A DNA stretch of 61,942 nucleotides, taken from NCBI GenBank assembly GCA_031370645.1, contig JANMQV010000148.1, positions 1 to 61,942 of the forward strand, written 5' to 3'. The position numbers and the translations under genes were made by a program. Position 1 is the stretch's first letter. Each line of letters starts with the position of its first letter. Shown one piece after another: positions 44,138 to 52,640 of the stretch. This DNA is from Candidatus Eiseniibacteriota bacterium. GTDB lineage: Bacteria; Eisenbacteria; RBG-16-71-46; SZUA-252. The notes under the pieces were generated by a model, which had not been told where the DNA came from, made no database searches, and saw only the letters and a program-made list of their open reading frames with translations.

Positions 44138-44929
44138 TTAGCGCCGCTTTCTCGGGATCGAGGCCTTCTTCAGATTCCGATCGAAGAAGGCGAGTGTGCG
44201 ACCCCAGGCATCCTTGGCCGCCTCTTCGCGGTACCCGCCCCACGGATTATTGATGTTCGCGAAGGCGTGTCCTGCGCCGGGGTAGATCTTGAAGTCCGCC
44301 TTCTTACCGGCCGCGGCGAGCGCCTTCTCGAATGCGCGAACCTGATCGGGCGTCGGGCCCTCGTCCTCACCGCCGAAACTGCCGAGGATCGTCGCCTGGA
44401 TTCCCTTGATGGTGGCTTCGTCGGTGATCGGCGCACCGTAGTACATGACGCAGGCGCGAATGCCGGGGTCGGCGGCGGCGAGCCGGATCGAGAACTTGCC
44501 ACCCATGCACCAACCGATGACGCCGATGGCTTGAGCACGCACGTCGTCGCGGCTGCGTAAGAAATCGGCCGCGAGGCGAAGCGTCGCGATCCCCTCGTCC
44601 TCCGCGAGTCCGCTCATGTACTGATGCGCCGTCTCCGAGTCTCGCGCCACGCGCCCTTTGTAGAGGTCGACGGCGAAGGCCGTGTAGCCGTGGGCGGCGA
44701 GGCTGTCGGTCTGCTCTTTCACCCAGTCGTTGAGCCCCCACCATTCATGGATGACGATGACAGCCGGATGCGTGCCGCTCCCCTTGGGAAGCGCCAAGTA
44801 TCCGCTGAGCGTCTTCTTGTTCACGGTCATTTGGACCATCCCCGCCCGAGCCGGGGCGGCGGCGATCGCCAGGAGCGCGAGGAGAAGGGCGGCTGTGAAA
44901 CGCGTGTGGCGCAGGAACGTTCGGATCAT
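44138..44929 (-). CDS. Dienelactone hydrolase family protein (secreted)
   Basis: Signal peptide, IHEWWGLN, GWCMGG, YPGAGHAF. Confidence 0.93.
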   Translation of the reverse strand: MIRTFLRHTRFTAALLLALLAIAAAPARAGMVQMTVNKKTLSGYLALPKGSGTHPAVIVIHEWWGLNDWVKEQTDSLAAHGYTAFAVDLYKGRVARDSETAHQYMSGLAEDEGIATLRLAADFLRSRDDVRAQAIGVIGWCMGGKFSIRLAAADPGIRACVMYYGAPITDEATIKGIQATILGSFGGEDEGPTPDQVRAFEKALAAAGKKADFKIYPGAGHAFANINNPWGGYREEAAKDAWGRTLAFFDRNLKKASIPRKRR

Positions 44930-45023
44930 GCGAAGGGTCTCCCGTTCAATGTTTCGAGTCTCGCCCCGTCCGCGGGGCTGAAGTGGTCGAACATGAGTCT
45001 AATACGAGCCGGCCGGGCCGGCA

Positions 45024-46247
45024 TCACTCCGTGCGCGGAATGCCCGGTCCGCCCGAGTCGTGCTCCCGTAGCGCGGCATCGATCTCTTCTCGAACGGCCG
45101 CGTCGCGCTCACCTTCCCGCGCGGCGGCAAGCGCGCGCCGGGCCGCGTCGCCTCCGATCCGGCCGAGCGCCCACGCCGCGTGCCCGCGCCCGGTGGCGGT
45201 CGATTCCTCGCGAAGTGCTTTCGCCAGGGCCGGCACGGCGCGGCGGTCGCCCAAGTTTCCGAGGGCCACCGCGACGTTTCGGACGAAGCGGTCACGCCCG
45301 GCGCGCATGAGGGCGGTCCCCTCGTAGCGCGCCGAGAATCCCTCGGTGTCGATCGAGAGAAGCGGGAGGAGCCAGGGCGTCTGCTGACGCGGCCGCTCCG
45401 CGAATTCCGCTTCGTAGGTTGGGGTGGCGAAACGGTTCCAGGGGCACGCCTCCTGGCAATCGTCGCAGCCGAAGATTCGTACCCCGATGGCGCTCCGCAT
45501 CTCCCGCGGAATCGCGCCGGCGTGCTCGATCGTGAGATACGAGATGCAGCGCCGGGCGTCCACCTGGTAGGGGGCCACGATGGCCCCGGTGGGGCAGGCG
45601 GGAATGCAGCGGGAGCAGCGGCCGCAATGATTTCGGGCTGGCTCCGCGACCGGGAGGAGGACGTCGCAGACGAGCTCGCCGAGGAAGTGCCACGAACCGA
45701 CGCCCTGGCGGATGAGATTTCCGTTCTTGCCGATCCACCCGAGCCCCGAGCGTTCGGCCCATCCCCGCTCGAGGATCGGCCCGCTATCGACGTACGCGCG
45801 CCACGTGGCGCCCGGGCGAAGCGACTCGAGCGCCCGCCCCAGGCGATTCAGCCGCCGTTTCAACCGGCCATGATAGTCGCGCCCCCAGGCGTAGCGCGCG
45901 ACACGTCCGCGTAGCGCCGGGGAGCGTCCCTCCACCGCTGTCTCCTCCGGCCAGTCGCCCCGATAGTACGAAGCAAGGAGCGAGACGACGGTCAACGCGC
46001 CCGGCAGGAGGCGTCGCGGATCGGAGCGGCGCTCCGGCTCCCGCGCCATCCAGCGCATCGTGCCGTGGCGTCCTTCGGTGAGCCAGGCCGCGAGGCGCTC
46101 GGCGTGCGGATGTTCGGTGGCGCTCGCGAATCCGATGGCTTCGAATCCGAGCGAAAGCGACGCCTCGCGGAGGGCGCTCGCGAGCCCTTCGGGTGTGCTA
46201 GCATCCGTCCGTGTCGGGCGAATTCGAATTGCAGCCGGTTTTTCCAC
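45024..46247 (-). CDS. queG: Epoxyqueuosine reductase
   Basis: ARYAWGRDYH, VDSGPILER, GWIGKN, CGRCSRCIPACP, RCISYLTIE, GCDDCQEACP, HEAT-like tail. Start codon uncertain. Confidence 0.93.
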   Translation of the reverse strand: MEKPAAIRIRPTRTDASTPEGLASALREASLSLGFEAIGFASATEHPHAERLAAWLTEGRHGTMRWMAREPERRSDPRRLLPGALTVVSLLASYYRGDWPEETAVEGRSPALRGRVARYAWGRDYHGRLKRRLNRLGRALESLRPGATWRAYVDSGPILERGWAERSGLGWIGKNGNLIRQGVGSWHFLGELVCDVLLPVAEPARNHCGRCSRCIPACPTGAIVAPYQVDARRCISYLTIEHAGAIPREMRSAIGVRIFGCDDCQEACPWNRFATPTYEAEFAERPRQQTPWLLPLLSIDTEGFSARYEGTALMRAGRDRFVRNVAVALGNLGDRRAVPALAKALREESTATGRGHAAWALGRIGGDAARRALAAAREGERDAAVREEIDAALREHDSGGPGIPRTE

Positions 46248-46882
46248 TCCCAAACGTCGTCCTCTTTCCGCGGGCGATCCTGCCGCTCCACATCTTCGAG
46301 CCGCGCTATCGGACGATGATCGCCGATGTGCTGGGCGGCGGCCAGACGCTCGTGATCGCGCTCCTGAAGCAGGGCTGGGAGCAGGAGTACTACGGGAGCC
46401 CCGACGCCCACTCGATCGGCTGTCTCGGGCGCGTGGTTCAGCACCACAAACTCCCCGACGGCCGCTACAACATCATGCTCCACGGCGAGCAGAAGGTCTT
46501 CCTGGAACGATTCGACCGTCACGAGCCCTACCGCATCGCCCGCGTCCGTCACGTGGACGAGGACCTTTCGTGGGCGGCGGAATCGGGTGCGGCGGCGATG
46601 GCGTCCGAACTGATCGAACTCTATCGGCGCGCCCACCAGAAGCAGGGAACGTCCCTCGATCTCGCGCATCTCCTCGGGCCACACGTCAGTCCCGAGACGG
46701 TGGTAAACACGATCGCCATGAACGTGGAGGGTGACGCGGAGGTCCGTCAGCAGCTCCTGGAGCTCGATCGACTGGAATTGAGATTCCGCGCCCTTCACCA
46801 ACTGCTCCGCGAATCGGGCCGCACCCAGGACGTCATCGACCGGGTCCGGCATCTCTACCCCAAAGACTCCCGTCGGAACTAG
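46211..46882 (+). CDS. LON peptidase substrate-binding (N-terminal) domain protein
   Basis: PVFPLPNVVLFP...PLHIFEPRY, DGRYNI, RQQLLE. Confidence 0.9.
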   Translation: MSGEFELQPVFPLPNVVLFPRAILPLHIFEPRYRTMIADVLGGGQTLVIALLKQGWEQEYYGSPDAHSIGCLGRVVQHHKLPDGRYNIMLHGEQKVFLERFDRHEPYRIARVRHVDEDLSWAAESGAAAMASELIELYRRAHQKQGTSLDLAHLLGPHVSPETVVNTIAMNVEGDAEVRQQLLELDRLELRFRALHQLLRESGRTQDVIDRVRHLYPKDSRRN

Positions 46883-46889
46883 GAGCCCC

Positions 46890-47642
46890 ATGAGCCCCAC
46901 GCCTCGCACCGAGAAGCGGGTTGCGCCGACCGCGCCGAAGCGGCCCACGATTCGGACGGTAAAGCGCCCCGCCCCCACCAAGAAGAGCGCCACGCCCCTC
47001 ATCGCCGCGCTCCACCGCGCCTACCCCGACGCGGCCTGCGCGCTCACGCACCACGATCCATTCCAGCTCCTGATCGCCACCATTCTCTCCGCGCAGTGCA
47101 CCGACGTGCGCGTGAACATGGTGACGCCGCTGCTCTTCGCCGCCTATCCCGATGCGGCGGCCATGAGCCGCGCCGGGCAGGAGGAGATCGAAACGATCAT
47201 TCGCTCGACCGGATTTTTCCGGAACAAGGCGAAGTCGATTCGCGGCGCTTCGGCGCGGATTGTGGAGACATTCGGAGGCCGCGTGCCGAAGACGATGGAG
47301 GAACTCCTCACGCTCCCCGGTGTCGCGCGGAAGACCGCGAATGTCGTCCTCGGTGTCGGCTATGGAATCGCCGCCGGGATCGTGGTCGACACGCACGTGG
47401 AACGGGTTTCGCGGAGGCTCGGCCTCAGCAAGGGGAAGAATCCCGAAGCGATCGAGCGGGAGTTGATGGGTGCCGTGCCGCGTGAGGAGTGGATTGCTTT
47501 CTCTCACCTCCTCATCGACCACGGACGGCAAGTTTGCCGGGCGAGGAAGCCGGCGTGCGAGCGCTGTCCGGTCGCCTCGTTCTGTCCGAGTGCCCACTAC
47601 TTTCTGGCCGGCGGGGTGCCGCCCGCGGAGCGGAAGAAGTGA
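46890..47642 (+). CDS. nth: Endonuclease III
   Basis: LSAQCTD, LPGVARKTANVV (HhH), VDTHV, CRARKPACERCPVASFC Fe-S motif. Confidence 0.96.
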   Translation: MSPTPRTEKRVAPTAPKRPTIRTVKRPAPTKKSATPLIAALHRAYPDAACALTHHDPFQLLIATILSAQCTDVRVNMVTPLLFAAYPDAAAMSRAGQEEIETIIRSTGFFRNKAKSIRGASARIVETFGGRVPKTMEELLTLPGVARKTANVVLGVGYGIAAGIVVDTHVERVSRRLGLSKGKNPEAIERELMGAVPREEWIAFSHLLIDHGRQVCRARKPACERCPVASFCPSAHYFLAGGVPPAERKK

Positions 47643-48157
47643 GCGCCCGGTCCGGGGACGCCGCGCCGCGATTCGATGTCGCCTTGGTCGGCGGCGGATT
47701 CCGAAGTCTTCCCGACATCGTGGAGCCGGGCGGCGGGATCGTGGTCTTCTTCAAATCGACTTGCGAGACAAGCCGGCTCATCGTTCCGAGGCTCGGTCCC
47801 CTCGCGCGCGCGGTGGCCGATGAAGGAATGCTCTTCCTCGTTGTCGCCCAGGAAGGCGAAGCCGAGGCGCGAAAGGTTCACGAGGAGCTGGGGCTTCCGG
47901 GAACGCTCGCGTGGGAAAGCGCACCCTATCCCGCCTCGGCCGACTACGACGTTCGCTCGGTGCCGACGCTCTTCGTCATCGACGGTGCCGGCGTGATCGC
48001 GGAGCGGCTGGAAGGGTTCATGAAGCGCGAATATCTTGCCCTCGGTGCCGCCATCGAACAGGCGCTCGCGCTCGGAGACATCCCGCCCATTCTGGAGCGC
48101 GCCGAGGAACTCCCCGAATTCAAACCGGGATGAAGCTCGCGATCGGCCGCCGGGTAG
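47639..48157 (+). CDS. Thioredoxin-fold (AhpC/TSA, TlpA-like) protein, probable selenoprotein with UGA=Sec at 48131-48133
   Basis: FFKSTCETS (CxxS), SVPTLFVID. GTG 47639 overlaps the nth stop. Readthrough gives ...KPG-U-SSRSAAG* ending at TAG 48155-48157; without recoding the CDS ends at 48133. Confidence 0.75.
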
Positions 48158-48168
48158 CGGCCACGCGG
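48137..48168 (+). other. Bacterial SECIS-like stem-loop
   Basis: TCGCG-ATC-GGCCGC-[CGGGTA]-GCGGCC-A-CGCGG. The loop begins 17 nt after the TGA and has G at its second position. Confidence 0.6.
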
Positions 48169-48185
48169 ATGACTGGGAGGAAGCG

Positions 48186-48899
48186 ATGAATCGGAAGTGG
48201 GGCGTCACGATCACCTGGTTCGGGCATGCGACCGTGCTCTACACGGACGTGAAGGGGAGGAACTACCTCGTCGATCCCTGGATCGAGAAGAATCCCGCTT
48301 CACCGCCCGCGGCGAAGTCGCTCGCCCGGCTCGACGCCATCCTCGTGACGCACGGTCACTCCGATCACATCGGAGACGTGATCCCGTTGGCCAAGAAATT
48401 CGCCTGCGAGATCATCTGCATTCACGAGATCTACCAGTACCTGAGCCGGAAGGGCGTGGAGAAGGTGGAGGGGATGAACAAAGGCGGCACCCTTGAAGCT
48501 GCCGGCGTGAAGGCGACGATGGTGCATGCGATCCACTCGAGCAGCATCGTCGAAGGGGACCAGAGCATCTACGCGGGAGAGGCGTGCGGCTACGTGCTCG
48601 AATTCGAAGGGGGCACGCGCGTCTATCACGCGGGGGACACTGGCGTCTTCGGCGACATGAAGTTGATCGGCGAACTCTACCGCCCTTCGATCGCGGTCCT
48701 TCCGATCGGCGATCTCTACACGATGGGCCCGCGCGAAGCCGCCGCCGCCGCGCGGATGATCGGCGCGAAAGCGATCGTGCCGATTCACCATTCGACATTC
48801 CCGGGGCTTCCGGGGACTCCAGAGAAACTCCGCGCGGAGTTAGTTGACCGCCCGGAGATCGAGGTCGTCGCTCTGAAGCCGGGGGAGAGCGCTTCGTAG
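48186..48899 (+). CDS. Metal-dependent hydrolase, metallo-beta-lactamase fold (UPF0173-like)
   Basis: WFGHA, THGHSDH, HSS, YHAGDT, PIGDLYTM. SD GGGAGG before ATG 48186. Confidence 0.92.
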   Translation: MNRKWGVTITWFGHATVLYTDVKGRNYLVDPWIEKNPASPPAAKSLARLDAILVTHGHSDHIGDVIPLAKKFACEIICIHEIYQYLSRKGVEKVEGMNKGGTLEAAGVKATMVHAIHSSSIVEGDQSIYAGEACGYVLEFEGGTRVYHAGDTGVFGDMKLIGELYRPSIAVLPIGDLYTMGPREAAAAARMIGAKAIVPIHHSTFPGLPGTPEKLRAELVDRPEIEVVALKPGESAS

Positions 48900-48909
48900 G
48901 AAACGCGAA

Positions 48910-50409
48910 TCAGTCGGCGTAGACGCGTTCCAAACGGCCGCTCGGGCCGATCCGGAACACTTTCCGCTCCAGGAAGAGGGAGCGCGCCGAACGACCCGCA
49001 TCCTTCCCGAACGCCACGGCGCCGCGGCGAAACCACGGACCGAGCCACCGCGTCACTTCGCCCGCGGTCGGATCGCGCCGAGCGACGAGGGCCATCCCCT
49101 CGACGTCTCCCCTCGGGTCGCGCGTCAGCGTGCAGCCGCACGCAATCTCCACGCCTACAACGCCCCGTACGCCAAGCGCCGGGTGGCGCGCCAGGACCGT
49201 GTGGCGGTGGACCAACTGCTCGCGGACCCCCCCGCCGACGCGCGCCGGCCACGCCGTGCGCTCGAGACGCGCGCCGCTCGGGAGCGCGAGCGCGGCGCGA
49301 AGCGCGGCGACCCCTCCGGGAAGGTCGGGGTCGAGGGAACGAAGCGACGTGTAGCGATCGGCCCGCTTCGACCCGCGGGGAAGCCGAATGCCATGCCGCG
49401 CGAACGCGCGCGTGATGGCGGGGGCCGAAGCACCGCCCGTCTCGGCGTGATCGACCTCCAGCATCCGCGCCGCAAGGGCCGCCGCGCGCGCTTCGCCCGG
49501 TGGTGCGGTCTCCACCGCGCGAGCGAGGAGCCGTCCCGCGCGCCTCCGTGCCACCTCGACCAGTTCCGCCCCGCCACCTTCCTTCAGTCCGGCCGCCAGC
49601 AATTCCATCAGGAGGTGATAGAACGCGCCGGTAAAGACGCGCGAGAAGGAGTGCGGTTCCGAAGTGAGCGTCTCGTCTCCGCCGGTCGCGGGGAGTTTCT
49701 CCGGCGAGCCGTAGCGAAAGCGATTGTTCGCATCCCGGAGCCGCGTCGGATCGGCAATCGATTCCGGGCCGTAATTGTCGTGAATGGCGCGTCCCAGCGC
49801 TTCGGCCAGCCGCGAGACGAGATTGCTCGCGCGGAGACTCTTCCCGGCTTCTTCCAGAAACGCGCGGCGCACGGACGGCTCGCCGAGCGTGACGAGCAGG
49901 GAAGAGCAGTCGGCGAACGCCTCGTGAAACGCCGCGGTTTCCGGATCGGGGAGCGACCAGTAACCCGGCTGATAGACGTCGAGCACGGCGTGCCCCGCCT
50001 CGTGCGCCACGATATCGAGGCTTTCCGCCGCGTAGACCGGCCGGCCCGTGACGCGATCGGTGTCGAAGAAGAATTGGAGGCTCTTCCGGTCGTAGAAGGC
50101 GTTCAGGTCCCGCCCCGCGCGAAGTCTCACGCGAAGGGCCGCGCCGGAGTGCCAGGCGGCGAAGTCGCGATCGAAAAACTCCTCCCAAACGCGAATCGTC
50201 CGCGCGAGCGACGCCTCTCCCTGCCACTGCTGGAACGCGAGCGTCCCGGGCGCGTAGGGCGCGGGGGCGTAGCGGCGTCCTTCGATCACGTATGCGGGAT
50301 CGCCCTGCAGGTGCGTCGGGGAGGGGACATCTTGAAGCCCGACGGTCGCGTCGGGATCGTTCGGGTAGAAGCGGATGACGCCACGCTTTTGACTGGAGCG
50401 GCGAGTCAC
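48910..50409 (-). CDS. Gluzincin metallopeptidase (M4/M36-like)
   Basis: NAFY, DIVAHEAGHAVLD (HExxH), FHEAFAD (third ligand), EPHSFS. Start overlaps the polX stop (GTGA). No evident signal peptide. Confidence 0.8.
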   Translation of the reverse strand: MTRRSSQKRGVIRFYPNDPDATVGLQDVPSPTHLQGDPAYVIEGRRYAPAPYAPGTLAFQQWQGEASLARTIRVWEEFFDRDFAAWHSGAALRVRLRAGRDLNAFYDRKSLQFFFDTDRVTGRPVYAAESLDIVAHEAGHAVLDVYQPGYWSLPDPETAAFHEAFADCSSLLVTLGEPSVRRAFLEEAGKSLRASNLVSRLAEALGRAIHDNYGPESIADPTRLRDANNRFRYGSPEKLPATGGDETLTSEPHSFSRVFTGAFYHLLMELLAAGLKEGGGAELVEVARRRAGRLLARAVETAPPGEARAAALAARMLEVDHAETGGASAPAITRAFARHGIRLPRGSKRADRYTSLRSLDPDLPGGVAALRAALALPSGARLERTAWPARVGGGVREQLVHRHTVLARHPALGVRGVVGVEIACGCTLTRDPRGDVEGMALVARRDPTAGEVTRWLGPWFRRGAVAFGKDAGRSARSLFLERKVFRIGPSGRLERVYAD

Positions 50410-52118
50410 CGCCGCGCCCCGAAGAGAGCGAGCAGCTTCTCGGCGGAGAGGGTATTCACGATGTCCTTCTTCGTGAGCCACGCCTTTCGCGCCACGCCGA
50501 TGCCGTAGCGGTGGTCGTCGTATCCGCTCACGTGATGAGCGTCGGGGTTGACGGCGAAACGGGCGCCCCGCTCCTTCCCGGCGCGCGCCTCCCTCCAGTC
50601 GAGATCGAGGCGGTGCGGGTTCGCGTTGATCTCCACCACCACGCCCTCTTCAGCCGCCACGCGCACCACTTCCTGAATATTCACCTTGTAGGAGTCGCGC
50701 TGGAGGAGAAGGCGTCCGGTCGGATGGGCGAGGATCGAGACGTGCTTGTTTCGGAGCGCCTTGATCATCCGCTCGGTCATCGCCTCCTCGCTCATCGTGA
50801 AGTTCGTGTGGATGGAGGCGACGACGTAGTCGAGCCGCTCGAGTACCCGGTCGGGGTAGTCGAGCGTGCCATCCGGGAGGATGTCGACTTCGGAGCCTTT
50901 GAGAATCCGGAGCTTCTTTGACTTCGCGTTCCAGCGATCGATCTCGTCCCCCTGCCGCTTCAGCTCGGCCTCGGAGAGGCCGTTCGCGTAGCGCGCGGTC
51001 GCCGAGTGGTCGGCGATGCCGAGATACTCGGCTCCCCAGACCGCCGCCGCCTCGGCCATCTCCTCGAGCGTCGACTTCCCATCGCTGGCGGTCGTGTGGC
51101 AGTGGAGAATCCCGCGCAGGTCTTGAAGCGTCACGAGTTTCGGGAGCGTCTTTTCTTCCGCCGCCTCAATCTCGCCGTGGTCCTCACGAAGCTCCGGCTC
51201 GATATAGGCGAGGCCGAGGACCCGAAACAGGTTCTCCTCGTCCTTGATGGCGGCGTGCCGCTTCCCGCTCAGCTCGTATTCGTTGAGACTCATGCCGCGC
51301 TCCAGCGCGCGAGAGCGGATGCGGATGTTGTGCGCCACGCTCCCCGTGAAGTAGTGGAGCGCGAAGGGAAATTCGGCCGGCTTCACGAGCCGGAGATCGA
51401 CCGCCAGCCCCGAGGGGAGGCGGATCGACGTCTTCGTCTCACCGCTTCCGATGATCGACGCCTGGGGCGCGAGTGCCAGGAACGCCTTCGTGACGACGGC
51501 GGGCTTCATCGTGGCGACGAGGAGGTCGACGTCCTTCGCCGTCTCGGCCCAACGGCGGAGGCTTCCGCCGATTTCGATCCGTTCGACCGCGGCGTGGTCG
51601 CGAAGCGCCTCGGCCAGTTCCTCGGCGATCGGGCGGACCTCGCTCATCAAGTAACGGCCGGCGCCCGCCTCCAGGAGGGCGATCCCCTCCAAAATCTTCT
51701 TCTCCGACTGCTCGCCGAAGCCCTTCAGTTCCCGAATCTCACCCTTCTCGGCGGCGCGCTTCAATTTCGCGAGGGTCGTGATGCCGAGTTCCTCGCCGAG
51801 CGCGCGGACCTTCTTCGCGCCGAGGCCCGGAACCCGGATCATCTCGAGGTATCCGGGCGGCGTGGAAGCCGTCAGATCGTCGTAATACTTCATGCGGCCG
51901 CTCTTCCAGAGCTCCCGGATGTTTCCGGCCAACGCCTCCCCGATCCCCTTGAGTTCGGTCAACGTGCCGGCCTCGACGCGCGCGCCGAGATCGTCCGTCA
52001 GTCCGTCGATGATGCGCGAGGCGTTCTGGTAGGCCCGGACCTTGAACGGATTCTCTCCGTTCAATTCCAGGAGGACGGCGATTTCGTCGAGGATGCGGGC
52101 GACGTCGCGCTTGTCCAT
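50406..52118 (-). CDS. polX: DNA polymerase X with PHP domain
   Basis: ENPFKVRAY, HhH motifs, GSLRR, KDVD, HYFTGS, HCHTTASDG, DHS, HPTGR, DAH. Confidence 0.95.
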   Translation of the reverse strand: MDKRDVARILDEIAVLLELNGENPFKVRAYQNASRIIDGLTDDLGARVEAGTLTELKGIGEALAGNIRELWKSGRMKYYDDLTASTPPGYLEMIRVPGLGAKKVRALGEELGITTLAKLKRAAEKGEIRELKGFGEQSEKKILEGIALLEAGAGRYLMSEVRPIAEELAEALRDHAAVERIEIGGSLRRWAETAKDVDLLVATMKPAVVTKAFLALAPQASIIGSGETKTSIRLPSGLAVDLRLVKPAEFPFALHYFTGSVAHNIRIRSRALERGMSLNEYELSGKRHAAIKDEENLFRVLGLAYIEPELREDHGEIEAAEEKTLPKLVTLQDLRGILHCHTTASDGKSTLEEMAEAAAVWGAEYLGIADHSATARYANGLSEAELKRQGDEIDRWNAKSKKLRILKGSEVDILPDGTLDYPDRVLERLDYVVASIHTNFTMSEEAMTERMIKALRNKHVSILAHPTGRLLLQRDSYKVNIQEVVRVAAEEGVVVEINANPHRLDLDWREARAGKERGARFAVNPDAHHVSGYDDHRYGIGVARKAWLTKKDIVNTLSAEKLLALFGARR

Positions 52119-52148
52119 GGCTCCGGGGGCGGCAGGCGCCGCCGTCGG

Positions 52149-52574
52149 TCAGAGGAGTTCGGAGAGGGGGCGGCGGCTGGAGAAGCCTTCATCGAGCGGA
52201 TGCCAATGCTCGATCCTCGGCTCGCCCCGGCGCCAGCAGAGGCAAACGACGCGCCCCTGCGCCATCGTGTAGAAATCGACGAGACCCAGCTCGAGATCGC
52301 GGAGAATGCAGCCGTGGCGGGCGATCGCGGCGAGTTCCGCCCGGAACCGCTCCAACGATTCGTTCTGAAGTTTCTCCTTCTCGCGGAGCGAGCGGACGTC
52401 GGGGCTCTCCTCGCTCGCCCCGCTTCCCGCGATGGCGCCGAGCACTTCGATCTCGCGCCGAAGCGTGGTCGCGTGCCGGGCGATCCCGACGAGAGTCTCG
52501 AGCGCCCCCTCGAGGGCGGGGACCAAACGGTTCGCTTCGTCCACCGAGAAGATCTTGTTCCGGATCCGTTCCAT
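52149..52574 (-). CDS. DUF2203 family protein
   Basis: FSVDEAN, GLVDF, CLCWRRGE..I.HWH..GF..RRP. Confidence 0.88.
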   Translation of the reverse strand: MERIRNKIFSVDEANRLVPALEGALETLVGIARHATTLRREIEVLGAIAGSGASEESPDVRSLREKEKLQNESLERFRAELAAIARHGCILRDLELGLVDFYTMAQGRVVCLCWRRGEPRIEHWHPLDEGFSSRRPLSELL

Positions 52575-52640
52575 GCCGTGATGCTACCAGCGCGCCCCGC
52601 GCGCTTGCAACCAACGCGCGATCGTGACACGATCAGGGGG

